A DNA stretch of 63,272 nt, the filler included, from Octopus bimaculoides (Eukaryota), in the NCBI RefSeq assembly GCF_001194135.2. It is 7 parts of 6 records of this genome, joined end to end, with 100 filler letters (N's around TTAATTAATTAA, not from the genome) between each part and the next. Parts side by side here need not be neighbours in the genome. Positions count along the whole stretch, not along the records: positions 25,228 to 47,251 come from NC_068985.1; 6 more parts are not named here. One strand, 5' to 3'. The position numbers were made by a program, and so were the translations under genes. Each line of letters opens with the position of its first letter. Position 1 is the stretch's first letter. Positions 29,580 through 44,379 of the stretch are shown here, one piece after another. Below the pieces are notes generated by a model, which worked only from the letters and a program-made list of their open reading frames with translations, did not search any database and was not told where the DNA came from.

Positions 29580-32422
29580 ACACACACACGCGCGCACACA
29601 CACACTAACACACACACTAACTCATACACATGATTTGCAGTATAAAATATATTGTATGTAAATGGTTCATCAACCTATGGCATATAGCATAATATGTTAC
29701 ACAACCATAGCATTATAACATTTACATACATGCGTATATATATCATATACATACGCGTACATATGTATTGACGGATACAAGATTTGATCACAGCTATATT
29801 GCACTTTTGACGAGCTAACAAGTCTCAGTCTAAGCAATAGTTCGTCCAATTTGGTCTCCATCTGGCTTCCAAATCTCATATGTGGCTCCAAATAGCTGTT
29901 CTCATACAATAATGGCCACTGAGGGTAAATGGCTTCGACTGGCGGGCTACATCCAAGTGAGAGTAGTAAGTATGTATGTATCTCCTGGTTAGTTTTGGCT
30001 CGCTTATGTATGAAGATTAGACCCGGTGGATTCTGCAGAGTAAACATTCATGGCTCTTAAGAGGATGTCAACTGCAACAACGCATTGTAGAGTGTAGAGA
30101 TGATGATGAGGCAAGACAAACATAGTGTGCAGCTGTGTTGAAGTATGATATTTTATTAAAAATGGTGAAAGATATCAAAAAGAACATAATTAAATTATTA
30201 GAACTTGAAATTTATTAATGGAACTTACGCATTCCAAAATTAAAGTAATATAGTTGTCGCAAGAATCACGAACGTGTTTTGTGAAAATTGACAAAATAAT
30301 ATACGTGTAACAGACTCGTAGACAATATTATTATATGTATTATATGATATTGTTATTGAACAATATAATTAAAACACAGCAGAAACCAACATTTTTAAAG
30401 AAGAAAGTCTAGTTAGAAAAATCTAATTCGATGTATTTATCGAACACACTACCCGACATAAACTGCAGAGAGAGAACGTCTCTGATAATCCGAAAGACAA
30501 CGTCTCCGATAATCCGAAATACAGACCAGAACATTATGAAGAATAAAAAAAAAACTACTGTAAATATCTTAGGAATATATTAATTTGCGAATGCCCTGAA
30601 CTTCATAAAGCAGTATGGTGATATATCAAGCTATTTCCGGGGTAGTGTTTACCGTATTATTCCAGAAAACGTTCATGATTATCTTATGATCTACAATCAG
30701 CTGTTGAGTTAGTGTGGTTTGCTACTGAGATATGTGTTGACTGCAAGACAGCTACTCAAGGAGTTCAATGGTGTTATGTTTGCATGTACATTTGCCTAAA
30801 ATATATATACAAGCTTTTCCCCTAACTGCATATTCGACGTAGAAACAGCTTTAGTTAGAACACTGATCAATATCATTGTAATATGTAAGGACTAACCAAC
30901 AATGCTTTTGAGTTTATATTATAATGTACTCAACATATACAATGGAGATAACTTTGCTGTAGCATCGCGTAAGTGACTCAATTGATGCAAATAATGACAT
31001 GTTTGTATTAATAACATTCATATATGAAGAGTGTTTGGACAATAGCGGTAAAAGTTAGTGTTTGTCTTCAAATCATTAATTTTTATTCTGTATCAAGTAA
31101 TATCAGTACGCTCGGTTCGAAAATTTCCCTTGATTTCTAAATGATAGTTACATCGTTTTAAGATTTTATATATTCTTACATTATTCCTAGTTAATAATAA
31201 TTTATTTCATCCTTGAGGCGGTGCGCTGGTAGAATCAGTAGAACATCAGGACTATCAACATTTTTCGTCTATCTTTACATTGCTAGTTCAAATTATTCCG
31301 GGATCGATAAAATAATTCCAGTTGAGCACAGGGTTCGATGTAATCGATTTAATCCAACCCCCTTAACTGCTAGCCCTGTGTCAAAATTTGAAACTAGTGA
31401 TTAATTTAATTCTTTGTTTAATCACCCATTTACATATTTACAAGTATTGAACACTTATTTATAGAATTACTTATTTTAGGATTCCCCTTAGATTTATCTT
31501 ACCTCCCTCTTTTAACCAGCTCACGCTGATACAATTTTATATCCCCAGTGTTTGTAACTGAACCACTGTCCACGTTATCTATTAACATGTATCTTATATC
31601 TCTTATTTCATATTAGTTGATACATATTTATTTCCCTGTTTACTTTTCATTATCTGTCTCGCATTGTTATCTGAGAATTATTTCGTCTGTTCCAGGAAAC
31701 AAATTTTTTTTTCTCTTTTTATGCTGAATCGCATGAAATTTCGTGCATTAATAATATGAGATCGTGTTTAGCCAATGACAGCGCATAAGTATTGGTCATC
31801 TTATAAATGCATTTATTTATCTACTATGCTGCATTTTGAATAGCTGATGTCTAAAGTAGCGCGCATACCGGTTAACTGACAAATGCCGATGTTTTGTATA
31901 AGTCAAATACTGTGTGTGAATATGTATGTCATTATATGTATATTCCTGTGCGTGTGCGGGTGTTTAAATATACTTCAGAGAGAACATTTGTCCGTACATA
32001 TATGTAAAATTAGCTATCTGCATCACACCGTCGCAATATTGTGAAAACTGTGAATTTACTAAAAATAAATCAACTGTTTGTACGAAGAAGAACATGAAAT
32101 CTAATATAGATGACTGTACATCACTTCATTAAAACCACAGAAATACTGTACAATACCAATATAGACACCTATACAGAAACATGGCCCTTTCCAAATCTTA
32201 TTTCATAACACTTCTTTAATTTCTCTTTTTAGTGCTCCATATAAAGACTTGAGGTTGAAAAGCAAAATACTTTACTGAAAGCTATTGAGTGGAGGTGTCT
32301 CTTGCCTGTTAACATATAACTTTCATCATCTAGCTTGTGGCTTGCACGGTGAACGTTTAAGTTGTATTATTTTGTATCGTATGAAATCCATGTATCGGAG
32401 TACTTATGCTTCCGGCGTGTGT

Positions 32423-32492
<70 letters not shown>

Positions 32493-33268
32493 CACTTTAG
32501 CTTCAGTATTACGAAATATTTGCTACTGCTATTTGAGTGAATGCACATAGAAGAAAATCTCGAACGCAGGAGACTAGCTGTGAAAGGGCTTTAGAAAATT
32601 GGATAAAATACCCTTTAAAAAAGAGCTCGTGGTTTGATACAGAAAATCGAACTCTAAAACTCTCAATACCCGGTTAATCCCTCTATACCATTGAGATAAA
32701 GGATCCTTTAAAGCAAGGAGACACAATTATAATGCTAAATAAAAGCTTCTGTAATGCGAGAAAGTGTTTATAGACAAATATTGAAGAGTTTATTGGATTG
32801 ACATATTTGAGAAATTCAGAAAATCTCGAAGGCAAGAGGATGGCTGTGAAAACTGCTTTACAAAATGGGTAAGATAACTCTGTAGTGGGGAAAAGAGGCT
32901 AGAAACCGCTACAGAGCCAAAGTTTGTACTTCTCAAATATATGTGTTTGTGTGCATGTTTGTCTACATATATGGATATGTATGTGTATGTATGGAAGTTT
33001 GTGTATGTATGGTAGTTTGTGTATAGGTGTATATATCTATATGTACATGTGTATGCGTATGCGTGTGCCGGTAAATGTTATATCATTTTACATATAAAAA
33101 GCCATTTAATGTTAAACAAAAGGATCATTCAATAATCTTTATTATGGTTTATAAATATGAACTTTCTGTTAGGAAAAGGTTAATCGCCTTCAACAAAGTC
33201 TGATGAAGCAGAGCAAGCCAAAACTTTTAAATTACAGGAAACTTTTTCCTTGTAAAAGTCAATACTTC

Positions 33269-33321
<53 letters not shown>

Positions 33322-33477
33322 TTATCTGTCTGTCTGTCTGCCTGTCTGTCTTTCTGTGTCTGTCTGTCTTTCTGTGTCTGTCTGTCTTTCTGTGTCTGTC
33401 TGTTTTTCTGTGTCTGCCTGTCTGTCTATCTATCAATTACACACTGACACACACAAACACACACACGCACTCATACA

Positions 33478-33545
<68 letters not shown>

Positions 33546-33688
33546 GTATCTGTCTGTCTGTCTGCATGTCTGTCTTTCTGTGTCTGTCTGTCTTTCTGTG
33601 TCTGTCTGTTTTTCTGTGTCTGCCTGTCTGTCTATCTATCAATTACACACTGACACACACAAACACACACACACGCACTCATACACTG

Positions 33689-33752
<64 letters not shown>

Positions 33753-33753
33753 C

Positions 33754-33811
<58 letters not shown>

Positions 33812-34394
33812 GAGTGTATGTCGGTATTTATGTAATTTGCATACATGTATGTGCGCGATTGGTGTACACTGTCACAGACTGTATATGTTACTTGTCTTAC
33901 ATAAATGTAACACGACACTGAAGACATCTAGCTTTAAGCATATAAATCCGTTGGTTAATTTAAGCATATCATTGGAAGATATCTCGAAATATATATATAA
34001 AGACGTGCGTAAACTAATACACACGAGCACAAACATATAACATGATCGCCTATAAACAGGTAAAATGTGGATTTATCTTACCTGAATTGTAGATATCTTT
34101 ATGCATGTTTGTTAAGACTCAGATGCCCATAGTTTCATTATAAAATCGTCATGTTAGCACAGAGTGATATTGCCCTGAGCGAACATGATACTAGGTTAAT
34201 ATGATGTGAAATTTAAAATCTGATACATACATATATGCATACATACATGCATACGTACATGCATTCATACGCAGTTAGATGCGCACATGCATAGGCGTAC
34301 ACACAAACACATGTACACATATCATATATGTGTGTGTATGCATACAAATGTATTTATGAATACTTATGCCTTACTCTATCTTTCTTTATATCTA

Positions 34395-34431
<37 letters not shown>

Positions 34432-35975
34432 ACGTGTAAGTATGTATATGTGTGTGCACGTATATGTGTGCTCGGGTGCATGAGAGTACGTGTGTAATTG
34501 AAAAAGTACTAGATTCAGGAAAAATTGATAATGATGTTTAGCCCTGACTATAGTGTTAGTATAGCGTGTAATATATCTAGAAATCCTTTGTGAATGCAAC
34601 ATACGCATTGTCCTAGCAGCCATATATATTAGAAATTGAATGAAAATAATGTAAACGTCATCTACGGATTGTTTGAAGATATGAAAACTTTAATACAATA
34701 TTATGTCTAAAGAAACAGGACACTAAGGGAACCGAACTAAAGAAACGTGTTCGTGTAAAACTGAATTAAACCCGTCGAATAAATGTAAACAACGTCTTTT
34801 ACACAAACACTTCGTGGATATTTTTCTCCGATGAATAATACATAAATCAGCGGACATATTACTTTAAATTCCTAACAATATAATTGAATCATATAAAACA
34901 AAAAAAGAAAGTGAACAACAGTGGAATAATAATTATTTCAAACTTTGTCATGAGGCCAGAAATTTTGAGTGAATGAGGAAGGAGATTACATCATCCCAGT
35001 ATTTAAATGGTACTTACCAATTCTGAAAGGATAAAAAAGGAAAAAAAATTCGCCCTCTGCCCAGTGTAACTCAGAACCTGAAAAGTAGGAAGAAGTGCCG
35101 CCGCATAGTAGTTAGTTCGACTTGCTAATATTTCTGGCAGGTCACAAAATTCAACTATGTTGTAATGACAATAAAATTAAGACAAACATTATTATAATTG
35201 TGGAAAATTGCACATGGAAGTAATGGGATGTGGTTTGCAATTAAAACACATTTACACATCATATAAACACGCACAAAAATACACATACAGAACAGTTACA
35301 GATCATATAAACTCGCACAAAAAGACACACACTCGAACAGAAATAAAATGAACAGATACATCATATTTCCATTTCAGGAGAGGTTCGTGAAGAGCTATAC
35401 TACAAAATATCTCATCTTATTTCATCTTCGCCCACTTATTCCTGTGTGGCTTGTAAGTGCAAAGTCCTCACGGACATCTTCCATTTAATCTTTGAAGAGG
35501 TATCCAGAAGAACGGATTTAGGATAAGCCGGCTGAAATTCGTAGATGACATGTAACTAACGTCTCGTTCGAATGTGGCTTCTAATATGCATTTGATAAAT
35601 TGAAAGATTTACTGCCGATTGATGTTCGGTAGTTATGCAGACTAGCGCTGCGAAGACTAATACAATCCTCCTCTCATGTATACATACATACATACATACA
35701 TACATACGAACGTATATATATATATATATATATATATACATGAAGTTATAAATAACGAGAGAGGTAGAGTCTGATAAAATTCATTTAACTTCTGAAAATG
35801 CTTACATCAGAGCAATTGTTTCGCAACTTATAACATGTAAAGTTAATGCATTTTATTATATATTTATAATAAGTAAATTAGTTATATGTCTGCATTAATA
35901 TAAACAATCTTTAAATTGATGCATATATTAAGCTAGTTCATCGGATGAGACTAAAAGGCAGCAAAAGTATCACGA

Positions 35976-36019
35976 AAACTGTTACTCAGAGTTTCACGTT
36001 CCTGTTCCTCGGACAGTTT
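35976..36019 (-). ncRNA. Minimal hammerhead motif with a core substitution (U4C)
   Basis: Minus strand reads AAACUGU-CCGAGGA-AC-AGGAAC-GU-GAAA-CUCUGAG-U-A-ACAGUUU. Stem I is a perfect 7 bp, stem III is ACUC/GAGU, and the triplet is GUA. Confidence 0.55.
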
Positions 36020-36546
36020 TGTTTAGAATGGAACAAAATAAGGTTATAAGCGAACATATACAATCAGTGTAATGGATACATATTTGAAAATGGTTTTGTT
36101 TCATTGCTCTTTTCAACTAATGGTCTTTATGATAACCGGTTGCATGCAATGAACAAATTAGCGTATAAAACCATCTTATTATAAAATCGAAGAAAACCTT
36201 AAATCAAAAACAAAGACAGCGTCTAAATACCCAGGGTAAGTAATTATTTGTAAAATATTAATCAATTAATAATAAATCTCTGAGCGAGATATAAATAGTA
36301 CCTGCATGACATCGTGAAGTATATTTGCCTCCTAAATGTGGCTAACCCTTAAGTGTTGATGCTACTGTAGATTGTAGCACCAGGAAGACATCTCCTTCAG
36401 CTGGCTATTGACACACTTTCTGTGCCCTATCAGTTTTGGCAAAGTGAAGTGGTTCTCAATGCAAATATATATACACTTTTTCCAGTGACAAAAAGTCGCT
36501 GATCTCGAAAAAAGGGGAAATAAGCAATAATATATANNNNNNNNNN

Positions 36547-36584
<38 letters not shown>

Positions 36585-37654
36585 TGCACACATGCACTCG
36601 TTATTAAATCTCCTGGCGTATGTTTATACAAGTTTGTTGTTACAGGCGAAAGAAAGATAAGGAAAATCAGAGGTTATTAAGTTTGGGGAGGAGGAAGAAA
36701 ACAAAGGAGAAGAAGAAAAAGGAAATAAGAGAAAGAATGAGAAATTGAGAACTAGCGAGAGACAGGGGAAAATACATAATGGCAGGTAGAGCTAGATAAT
36801 GACGCTCGAAAGTAACCATCGACATTTGGATACTTCATATAGCTTGTGCAATGAATATATAAAAACACACATACAAAATTACATGTATATCTACATAAGT
36901 ATAAATATACATACAAATATACATACACATATACACGCATATGGATACGCAAACAAATATATAAAAATACAAAAATATGTACGCAAATACATGCTCACAT
37001 ATATAATAGTATACACAAATATACATACACATTTATATATGTTTGCACATATATGTACATATACATATATATACACATACACACACGCATATATANNNNN
37101 NNNNNNNNNNNNNNNNNNNNNNNNNNNNNNNNNNNNNNNNNNNNNNNNNNNNNNNNNNNNNNNNNNNNNNNNNNNNNNNNNNNNNNNNNNNNNNNNNNNN
37201 NNNNNNNNNNNNNNNNNNNNNNNNNNNNNNNNNNNNNNNNNNNNNNNNNNNNNNNNNNNNNNNNNNNNNNNNNNNNNNNNNNNNNNNNNNNNNNNNNNNN
37301 NNNNNNNNNNNNNNNNNNNNNNNNNNNNNNNNNNNNNNNNNNNNNNNNNNNNNNNNNNNNNNNNNNNNNNNNNNNNNNNNNNNNNNNNNNNNNNNNNNNN
37401 NNNNNNNNNNNNNNNNNNNNNNNNNNNNNNNNNNNNNNNNGTATATATGCAAACAGTTTTTTTAAAAAACACTGTTCGGTATGTATAATATTAAAATGTA
37501 CAATAATGAAATTGTACATTAATTTGATGTAACATAATTAGATACGTGAGTAAAAATAAAAAATAAAATATATTCTAATAAGATATGAAAATACGTGGCT
37601 AACTTGGTTGTCCGGATCACTTTGTATCTATAATTAAATCATTTTATGATGGGA

Positions 37655-38520
37655 TGGGGACTTGGGTCAATGTTGGTGATGGCATGGCAGGACCCATTCC
37701 TGTAGAAAATGGTGTCAAGCAGGGTGACATCCTTACTCCTACTCTCTTTTCTTTGTACTTTGCTGCTGCTTTTACTCATGCTTTTGCGAATATTGGATCA
37801 CTGGGAATATATGTCAGATATCGATCTTCTGGCCGCCTGTTTAATTTGCGCCGATTTACTGCCAATTCAAAAGTTTTCCAGTGTCTTATCGTGACCTACT
37901 GTATGCAGAAGACTGTCACTCATACAGTGGATGACATGCAAATACATATGAATCATATTTCTGCTTTTTGTTAGGCATTTGGACTCAGCATTAGCCTGGG
38001 CAAGACTGCTGTAATGTTCCAGCCTGCACCAGGAAATGCATATGTGGAACCGGCTATCTTGGTTGAAGGAACAATTCTACCTGGGCAGCACACTCAGCCG
38101 TTCTTGCTCTCTAGATGATGAAATATATTTCAGACTGCAGAGAGCAACTAATTCCTTACGGTCTCTTCAGTCTCGTGTCTAGTCCCAACATGGCCTCACA
38201 AGGCAAACAAAAATTGCTGTGTACTGTGCATGGGTACTGACATCGCTCCTTTACCCATGTCAGACATGGACCCTTTACAAATGTCATGTAAGGGTTCTTG
38301 AACGCTTTCATCAAAGATATCTCACACATATCCTGAATGTTGGCTGGACCTTAAAAACTCCAGACACACAGGTCCTGAGGACAGCTAATATCTTGAGTAT
38401 AAAGGTGATGGTGCACAAGCACCGGTTACGTTGGACTGGACACCTTATAAGAATGAAGGCTAGCATGATCTCTAAGTAGATGCTATATGGGGAACTTGTG
38501 AATGGAAAGAGACTCCAGCA
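37655..38520 (+). mobile_element. RTE-clade (BovB-like) LINE, decayed reverse transcriptase region
   Basis: Recognisable peptides: GVKQGDILTPTLFSLYF, DLLYA-x-D, AFGLSISLGKT, LLYPCQTWTLY, LERFHQRYL, RLRWTGHLIRM, MLYGEL. Stops and frameshifts are present. Confidence 0.9.
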
Positions 38521-39341
38521 GAACTCCTTGGTTCGCTCGGTCGTTCTGCAGGTCAAGCAACTGATAAAACAAATCTGCGGAATTGAATATAAAATTTGGT
38601 GTGGCCCATGTTTTATAACAAGGCAAAATAATGTACTTAATAACACTTCCGATCAGAAAAAATCAAAAGCGACAAGNNNNNNNNNNNNNNNNNNNNNNNN
38701 NNNNNNNNNNNNNNNNNNNNNNNNNNNNNNNNNNNNNNNNNNNNNNNNNNNNNNNNNNNNNNNNNNNNNNNNNNNNNNNNNNNNNNNNNNNNNNNNNNNN
38801 NNNNNNNNNNNNNNNNNNNNNNNNNNNNNNNNNNNNNNNNNNNNNNNNNNNNNNNNNNNNNNNNNNNNNNNNNNNNNNNNNNNNNNNNNNNNNNNNNNNN
38901 NNNNNNNNNNNNNNNNNNNNNNNNNNNNNNNNNNNNNNNNNNNNNNNNNNNNNNNNNNNNNNNNNNNNNNNNNNNNNNNNNNNNNNNNNNNNNNNNNNNN
39001 NNNNNNNNNNNNNNNNNNNNNNNNNNNNNNNNNNNNNNNNNNNNNNNNNNNNNNNNNNNNNNNNNNNNNNNNNNNNNNNNNNNNNNNNNNNNNNNNNNNN
39101 NNNNNNNNNNNNNNNNNNNNNNNNNNNNNNNNNNNNNNNNNNNNNNNNNNNNNNNNNNNNNNNNNNNNNNNNNNNNNNNNNNNNNNNNNNNNNNNNNNTA
39201 TATATATATATATATATATATATATCGAATTAAATATCCGTGTGCACATGCATGTACGCATGTATGTGTGGATGGATGTATATATGTAGGTAGGAATGTA
39301 TTAATGTGTATATATAAGTATAAGTATTCATACACACACAC

Positions 39342-39414
<73 letters not shown>

Positions 39415-39980
39415 TATAAAAATTAGACAAATTAAGTTATAGATACATATGATATAGTAGTGAAAAGTGCACAAGTTGAGCACTTATTGTATATTTATTT
39501 ATTTATTCATCTATAGTTCTTGATGTTACCTTATAATTAGTATCTGTGATGTAGAAAGTAAATTATCCTTTTTGACAGCGAATCCGGTGCAACATCAACA
39601 GATATATGATAGGAAAAAAGTAACTTTCACTAAATATTGACATATGTAACTACTTATAATGTACTGAAGAAAATATGTTTCTCAAAATCAATAAGTTTAG
39701 CTTGCCTTGCCAGTTAATTATACAATTTCTTTGTGTAATGTCATGTCGCAAACCAATTTATATTACTTCTAAAAGAAATTTTGTATTCCGAATGAAAATA
39801 TGAATAATGTTATGCAAGCAAATATACATAGAAAAATAAGAATATATATTTTACTAATTCATGTACATATACATAATTATGTTTGTTGTTACCTTTGTGA
39901 TGAAGAATGTATTTGAGTGTTTGAGTGTGTGAGCGCGTGTATATTTTTATATATATATATACACACATATATATGCATAT

Positions 39981-40015
<35 letters not shown>

Positions 40016-40599
40016 NNNNNNNNNNNNNNNNNNNNNNNNNNNNNNNNNNNNNNNNNNNNNNNNNNNNNNNNNNNNNNNNNNNNNNNNNNNNNNNNNNNNN
40101 NNNNNNNNNNNNNNNNNNNNNNNNNNNNNNNNNNNNNNNNNNNNNNNNNNNNNNNNNNNNNNNNNNNNNNNNNNNNNNNNNNNNNNNNNNNNNNNNNNNN
40201 NNNNNNNNNNNNNNNNNNNNNNNNNNNNNNNNNNNNNNNNNNNNNNNNNNNNNNNNNNNNNNNNNNNNNNNNNNNNNNNNNNNNNNNNNNNNNNNNNNNN
40301 NNNNNNNNNNNNNNNNNNNNNNNNNNNNNNNNNNNNNNNNNNNNNNNNNNNNNNNNNNNNNNNNNNNNNNNNNNNNNNNNNNNNNNNNNNNNNNNNNNNN
40401 NNNNNNNNNNNNNNNNNNNNNNNNNNNNNNNNNNNNNNNNNNNNNNNNNNNNNNNNNNNNNNNNNNNNNNNNNNNNNNNNNNNNNNNNNNNNNNNNNNNN
40501 NNNNNNNNNNNNNNNNNNNNNNNNNNNNNNNNNNNNNNNNNNNNNNNNNNNNNNNNNNNNNNNNATATATATATATATATATATATATAAAAACTAGCA

Positions 40600-41750
40600 G
40601 AGATTCCTCATCATATAAGACTTATATCTGATGTCTCCGTGGACAATATTTCTAACTGTTCCTTCTGACACATGGAGATCGTTTGCAATTCACCTCTTGG
40701 ACTTTCACAATCAATGGACAGTTAGATTTGCTGTATGAATTCAGGCGTTCTGATAATTTCAGAGAGTTTAGAAAGCCTTTAGGTGTTTGAGACCGGTGGT
40801 ACGTTTCCATCTTCAGTCTCGAGCTCCTTAAAAAGTTTGTAGACGAAAGATCTGGCAACTTTTAAAAACCGTGATATTTCTAAATCCATTGCATACGCTG
40901 TCTATCCAGGGCTTAACAATTATTTCCAGGACCTCTATGTAGGCCTTGTAAAATGAGGGAATGAGGCATCACATGTCCTTCATTGCTGACAACCCCTAAA
41001 ACCATGAGAGTTGCAGGAAATTTTGTATGTACAACACTTGGAACTTCAAAGTTGTCTGGGCATAACCATCTGTCATGTCTTCTGTTAACTCTTTGATCTA
41101 GATCTAGTGTTTCGCGTTTGAGCAAAGCCAAATCAAATCTCTTTCTGCTGGATTTTTCAGTTAGTTTAAAAGCCTTTTTATATCTGATGTAGTGGTTTTC
41201 TTCGGCTTTTTATGATATATTGACTTTCCCCATCATATAACACTTATATCTGATGTCTCCGTGGACAACATTTCTAACGGTTCCTTCTGACACATGGAGA
41301 TCGTTTGCAATTCACCTCTTGAACTTTCTTGGGCTGCAATCAACGGACAGTTGGATTTGCTGGATGAATTCAGGCGTTCTGATAATTTCAGAGAGTTTAG
41401 AAAGCCTTTTAGTGTTTGAGACCGGTGGTACGCTTCCATCTTCAGTCTCGAGCTCCTTAAAAAGTTTGTAGACGAAAGATCTGGCAACTTTTAAAAACCG
41501 TGATATTTCTAAATCGTTATGTTCAGCCTTTATAACCACGATATCAGCACGCATCTTCATTTCTTGAGTAAGCTGAGTGACTGCCATTATTATGTTCTGA
41601 AACAAAGATTATACAGTGTTAGCAAAATGTGCAGCAATGACTCAAAAACTGTTTGTTACTCTGTATATAAGCATCAACATATATTGGTGAAATATTGCCT
41701 TAAACATCTGTACCAAGTGCAAACATGATTATATCTATAGACTTACATGT
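40600..41750 (-). mobile_element. Tc1/mariner fossil (maT/DD37D-like, inferred) with an internal tandem duplication of period 629 bp
   Basis: AEHNDLEISRFLKVARSFVYK...IIRTPEFIQQ and RWLCPDNFEVPSVVHTKFPATLMVLGVVSNEGHVMP. Segment 40600-40888 repeats about 41230-41517. Confidence 0.85.
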
Positions 41751-42087
41751 GACAAAGCGCACTTTCACAAACCGGACCTCCAGCGAATAGCTAACTCCAT
41801 CCACTAGAGTATAAATGTAACAGCAGATTACAGTAGTATGTATCCCAAATTCAGCATCCCCGTTTTAGACTCTGAACTATCGCTCGAAAATATGAATAAC
41901 AGGGTCCAATTTATTTCTCCGTTCGTAGTATGCTAACCTATGACCTCCAAATACCTGGTCTACCGGAACGTGACAGTTGCGGGAAATACCAAGACAAGGA
42001 TGCTAATAGTGATATTGCATGTGCGTTTAAACGGAATTAGAGAAACACAAACAGTAGTTCATACACTGCTTATATACATAAATACAT

Positions 42088-42191
<104 letters not shown>

Positions 42192-42204
42192 CATACATAA
42201 TGCG

Positions 42205-43015
42205 TATGGTATTTGAGGACATACAATGTTTGGATCATTGCTGCATTTTTTGCTAACTTTGTATAATCTTTGCTTCAGAAAATAATGATGGTAGATCCTC
42301 AGCTTACTAAAGAAATGAAGAGGCATGATCTTATTGTGGTTATAAAGGCTGAGCATAGCGATTTAGAAATATCTCGATTCTTAAAAGTTGCCAGATCTTT
42401 CGTCGACAAAGTTTGTAAGGAGCTACAGACTGAAGATAGAAACTTATCACCAGTATCAAAGCATAAAAGGCATTATAAACGCTCTGAAATCATCAGAACA
42501 CCTGAATTTATCCAGCAAGATCAACAGAACATCGATTACAATCTCAGAAATTCCATGAGGTGAATTACAAAATATCTCTATGTGTCAGAAGGAACAGGCA
42601 GAAATGTTGTCCACGAAGACATCGGATATCAGTCTTATATGATGAGGAAAAGTAAATCTATAAGAAAACGCAAGAGAAAACTCACTACATCACATCTAAA
42701 AGGCTCTTAAACAAGCAGAACAATCCAGCAGATTTGATTTGGTTTTTCTCAAACGAGAAAAATTTCGACCAAGAAGAAATGACAGATGGTTATGTGCAGA
42801 CTCTTCTGAAGTTTCAAGTGTTGTGCATACAAAATTTCCTGTATCTCTCACGGTTTTAGTGGGTGTCAACAATGAAGGATATATGATGCTTCCTTCCCTC
42901 TCTTCACAAGGCTTTAGAGTTAACTCTGCCGCCTACATAGAGGCCCTGGAAAATAATTGTTAAGCGCTGGATAGAGAATGTATGTGATGGAATGCTATAT
43001 GTGAACCAAGACGAC
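42205..43015 (+). mobile_element. Second copy of the same Tc1/mariner family, in opposite orientation
   Basis: AEHSDLEISRFLKVARSFVDK...IIRTPEFIQQ and RWLCADSSEVSSVVHTKFPVSLTVLVGVNNEG...YIEALENN. Confidence 0.85.
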
Positions 43016-43402
43016 TTGCTTCGCGAATGTATATGATTTAGATCTCATATAGAAGCAGTTGTTGAACCTGAAGTTGGCTTCATGGAATAACATTATAGAA
43101 GAGAAGTCTTTTTTTAATCCTCCTTGGATTTCTTGATAAATAAAGTTACCTGTTATATGTCAAATATGAATCTGACCTCAAATATCTTACGCTCAATATA
43201 TATGTATGTATATATATANNNNNNNNNNNNNNNNNNNNNNNNNNNNNNNNNNNNNNNNNNNNNNNNNNNNNNNNNNNNNNNNNNNNNNNNNNNNNNNNNN
43301 NNNNNNNNNNNNNNNNNNNNNNNNNNNNNNNNNNNNNNNNNNNNNNNNNNNNNNNNNNNNNNNNNNNNNNNNNNNNNNNNNNNNNNNNNNNNNNNNNNNN
43401 NN

Positions 43403-43445
<43 letters not shown>

Positions 43446-43454
43446 CAGAGAGAG

Positions 43455-43496
<42 letters not shown>

Positions 43497-44348
43497 ATAC
43501 TAATACATATAAAGATAAATCACTATATATATAGTAATTATAAATGGGTATGTGTATGTATGCGCATCTGTCTGCAAACGCATAGTGATATATATGATAG
43601 AAGTTCCCATAATGTATAAAAAGTGACAATTATGTTATTTGATAATAAGCTTTTAATACGATATTGAGCACAAATAATTATAATGTTATTTTGTTCTGCT
43701 GTCAGAATATATTATCTGCGCTTTGTTGACGTGACATCCCGTAACGTGCAATCGACTAAGCTGCCACTAACTATTTTCAATTGCATACTTCAAATCACGT
43801 TTTATTGTTTGTTAACATATTTATATATGTAGATATTGTAGTTTCGTTCTGTTCGTTGAAACTTTGATTTAGTTCCCAGGTGTATATAATGTGAATGTTA
43901 TGAATATCTGATAGATAAATTAGGTGAAAGTTTAGGTTTTCAGACCACATCGTAATGCACTTTAAACTATATATGTGTACGCATGTATGCGTAAGCCTTT
44001 ACACACCCACACACACACACGCACACACACACACACATACACACACACACACAGACACATACACACACACACACAGACACACATACATACATTCACACAC
44101 ACACANNNNNNNNNNNNNNNNNNNNNNNNNNNNNNNNNNNNNNNNNNNNNNNNNNNNNNNNNNNNNNNNNNNNNNNNNNNNNNNNNNNNNNNNNNNNNNN
44201 NNNNNNNNNNNNNNNNNNNNNNNNNNNNNNNNNNNNNNNNNNNNNNNNNNNNNNNNNNNNNNNNNNNNNNNNNNNNNNNNNNNNNNNNNNNNNNNNNNNN
44301 NNNNNNNNNNNNNNNNNNNNNNNNNNNNNNNNNNNNNNNNNNNNNNNN

Positions 44349-44379
<31 letters not shown>

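Noticed and set aside
30963-30968. 6-nt microexon tgtag|CATCGC|gtaagt
   Set aside because: Weak polypyrimidine tract and no linked exons; such a match is expected by chance.
31770-31810. CCAAT/ATTGG/TATAAA promoter cluster
   Set aside because: Short motifs are common in AT-rich DNA and there is no transcript evidence.
32552-32890. Diverged ~65-bp direct repeat with period 266 bp
   Set aside because: Only two copies, about 70% similar, with no coding or structural signal.
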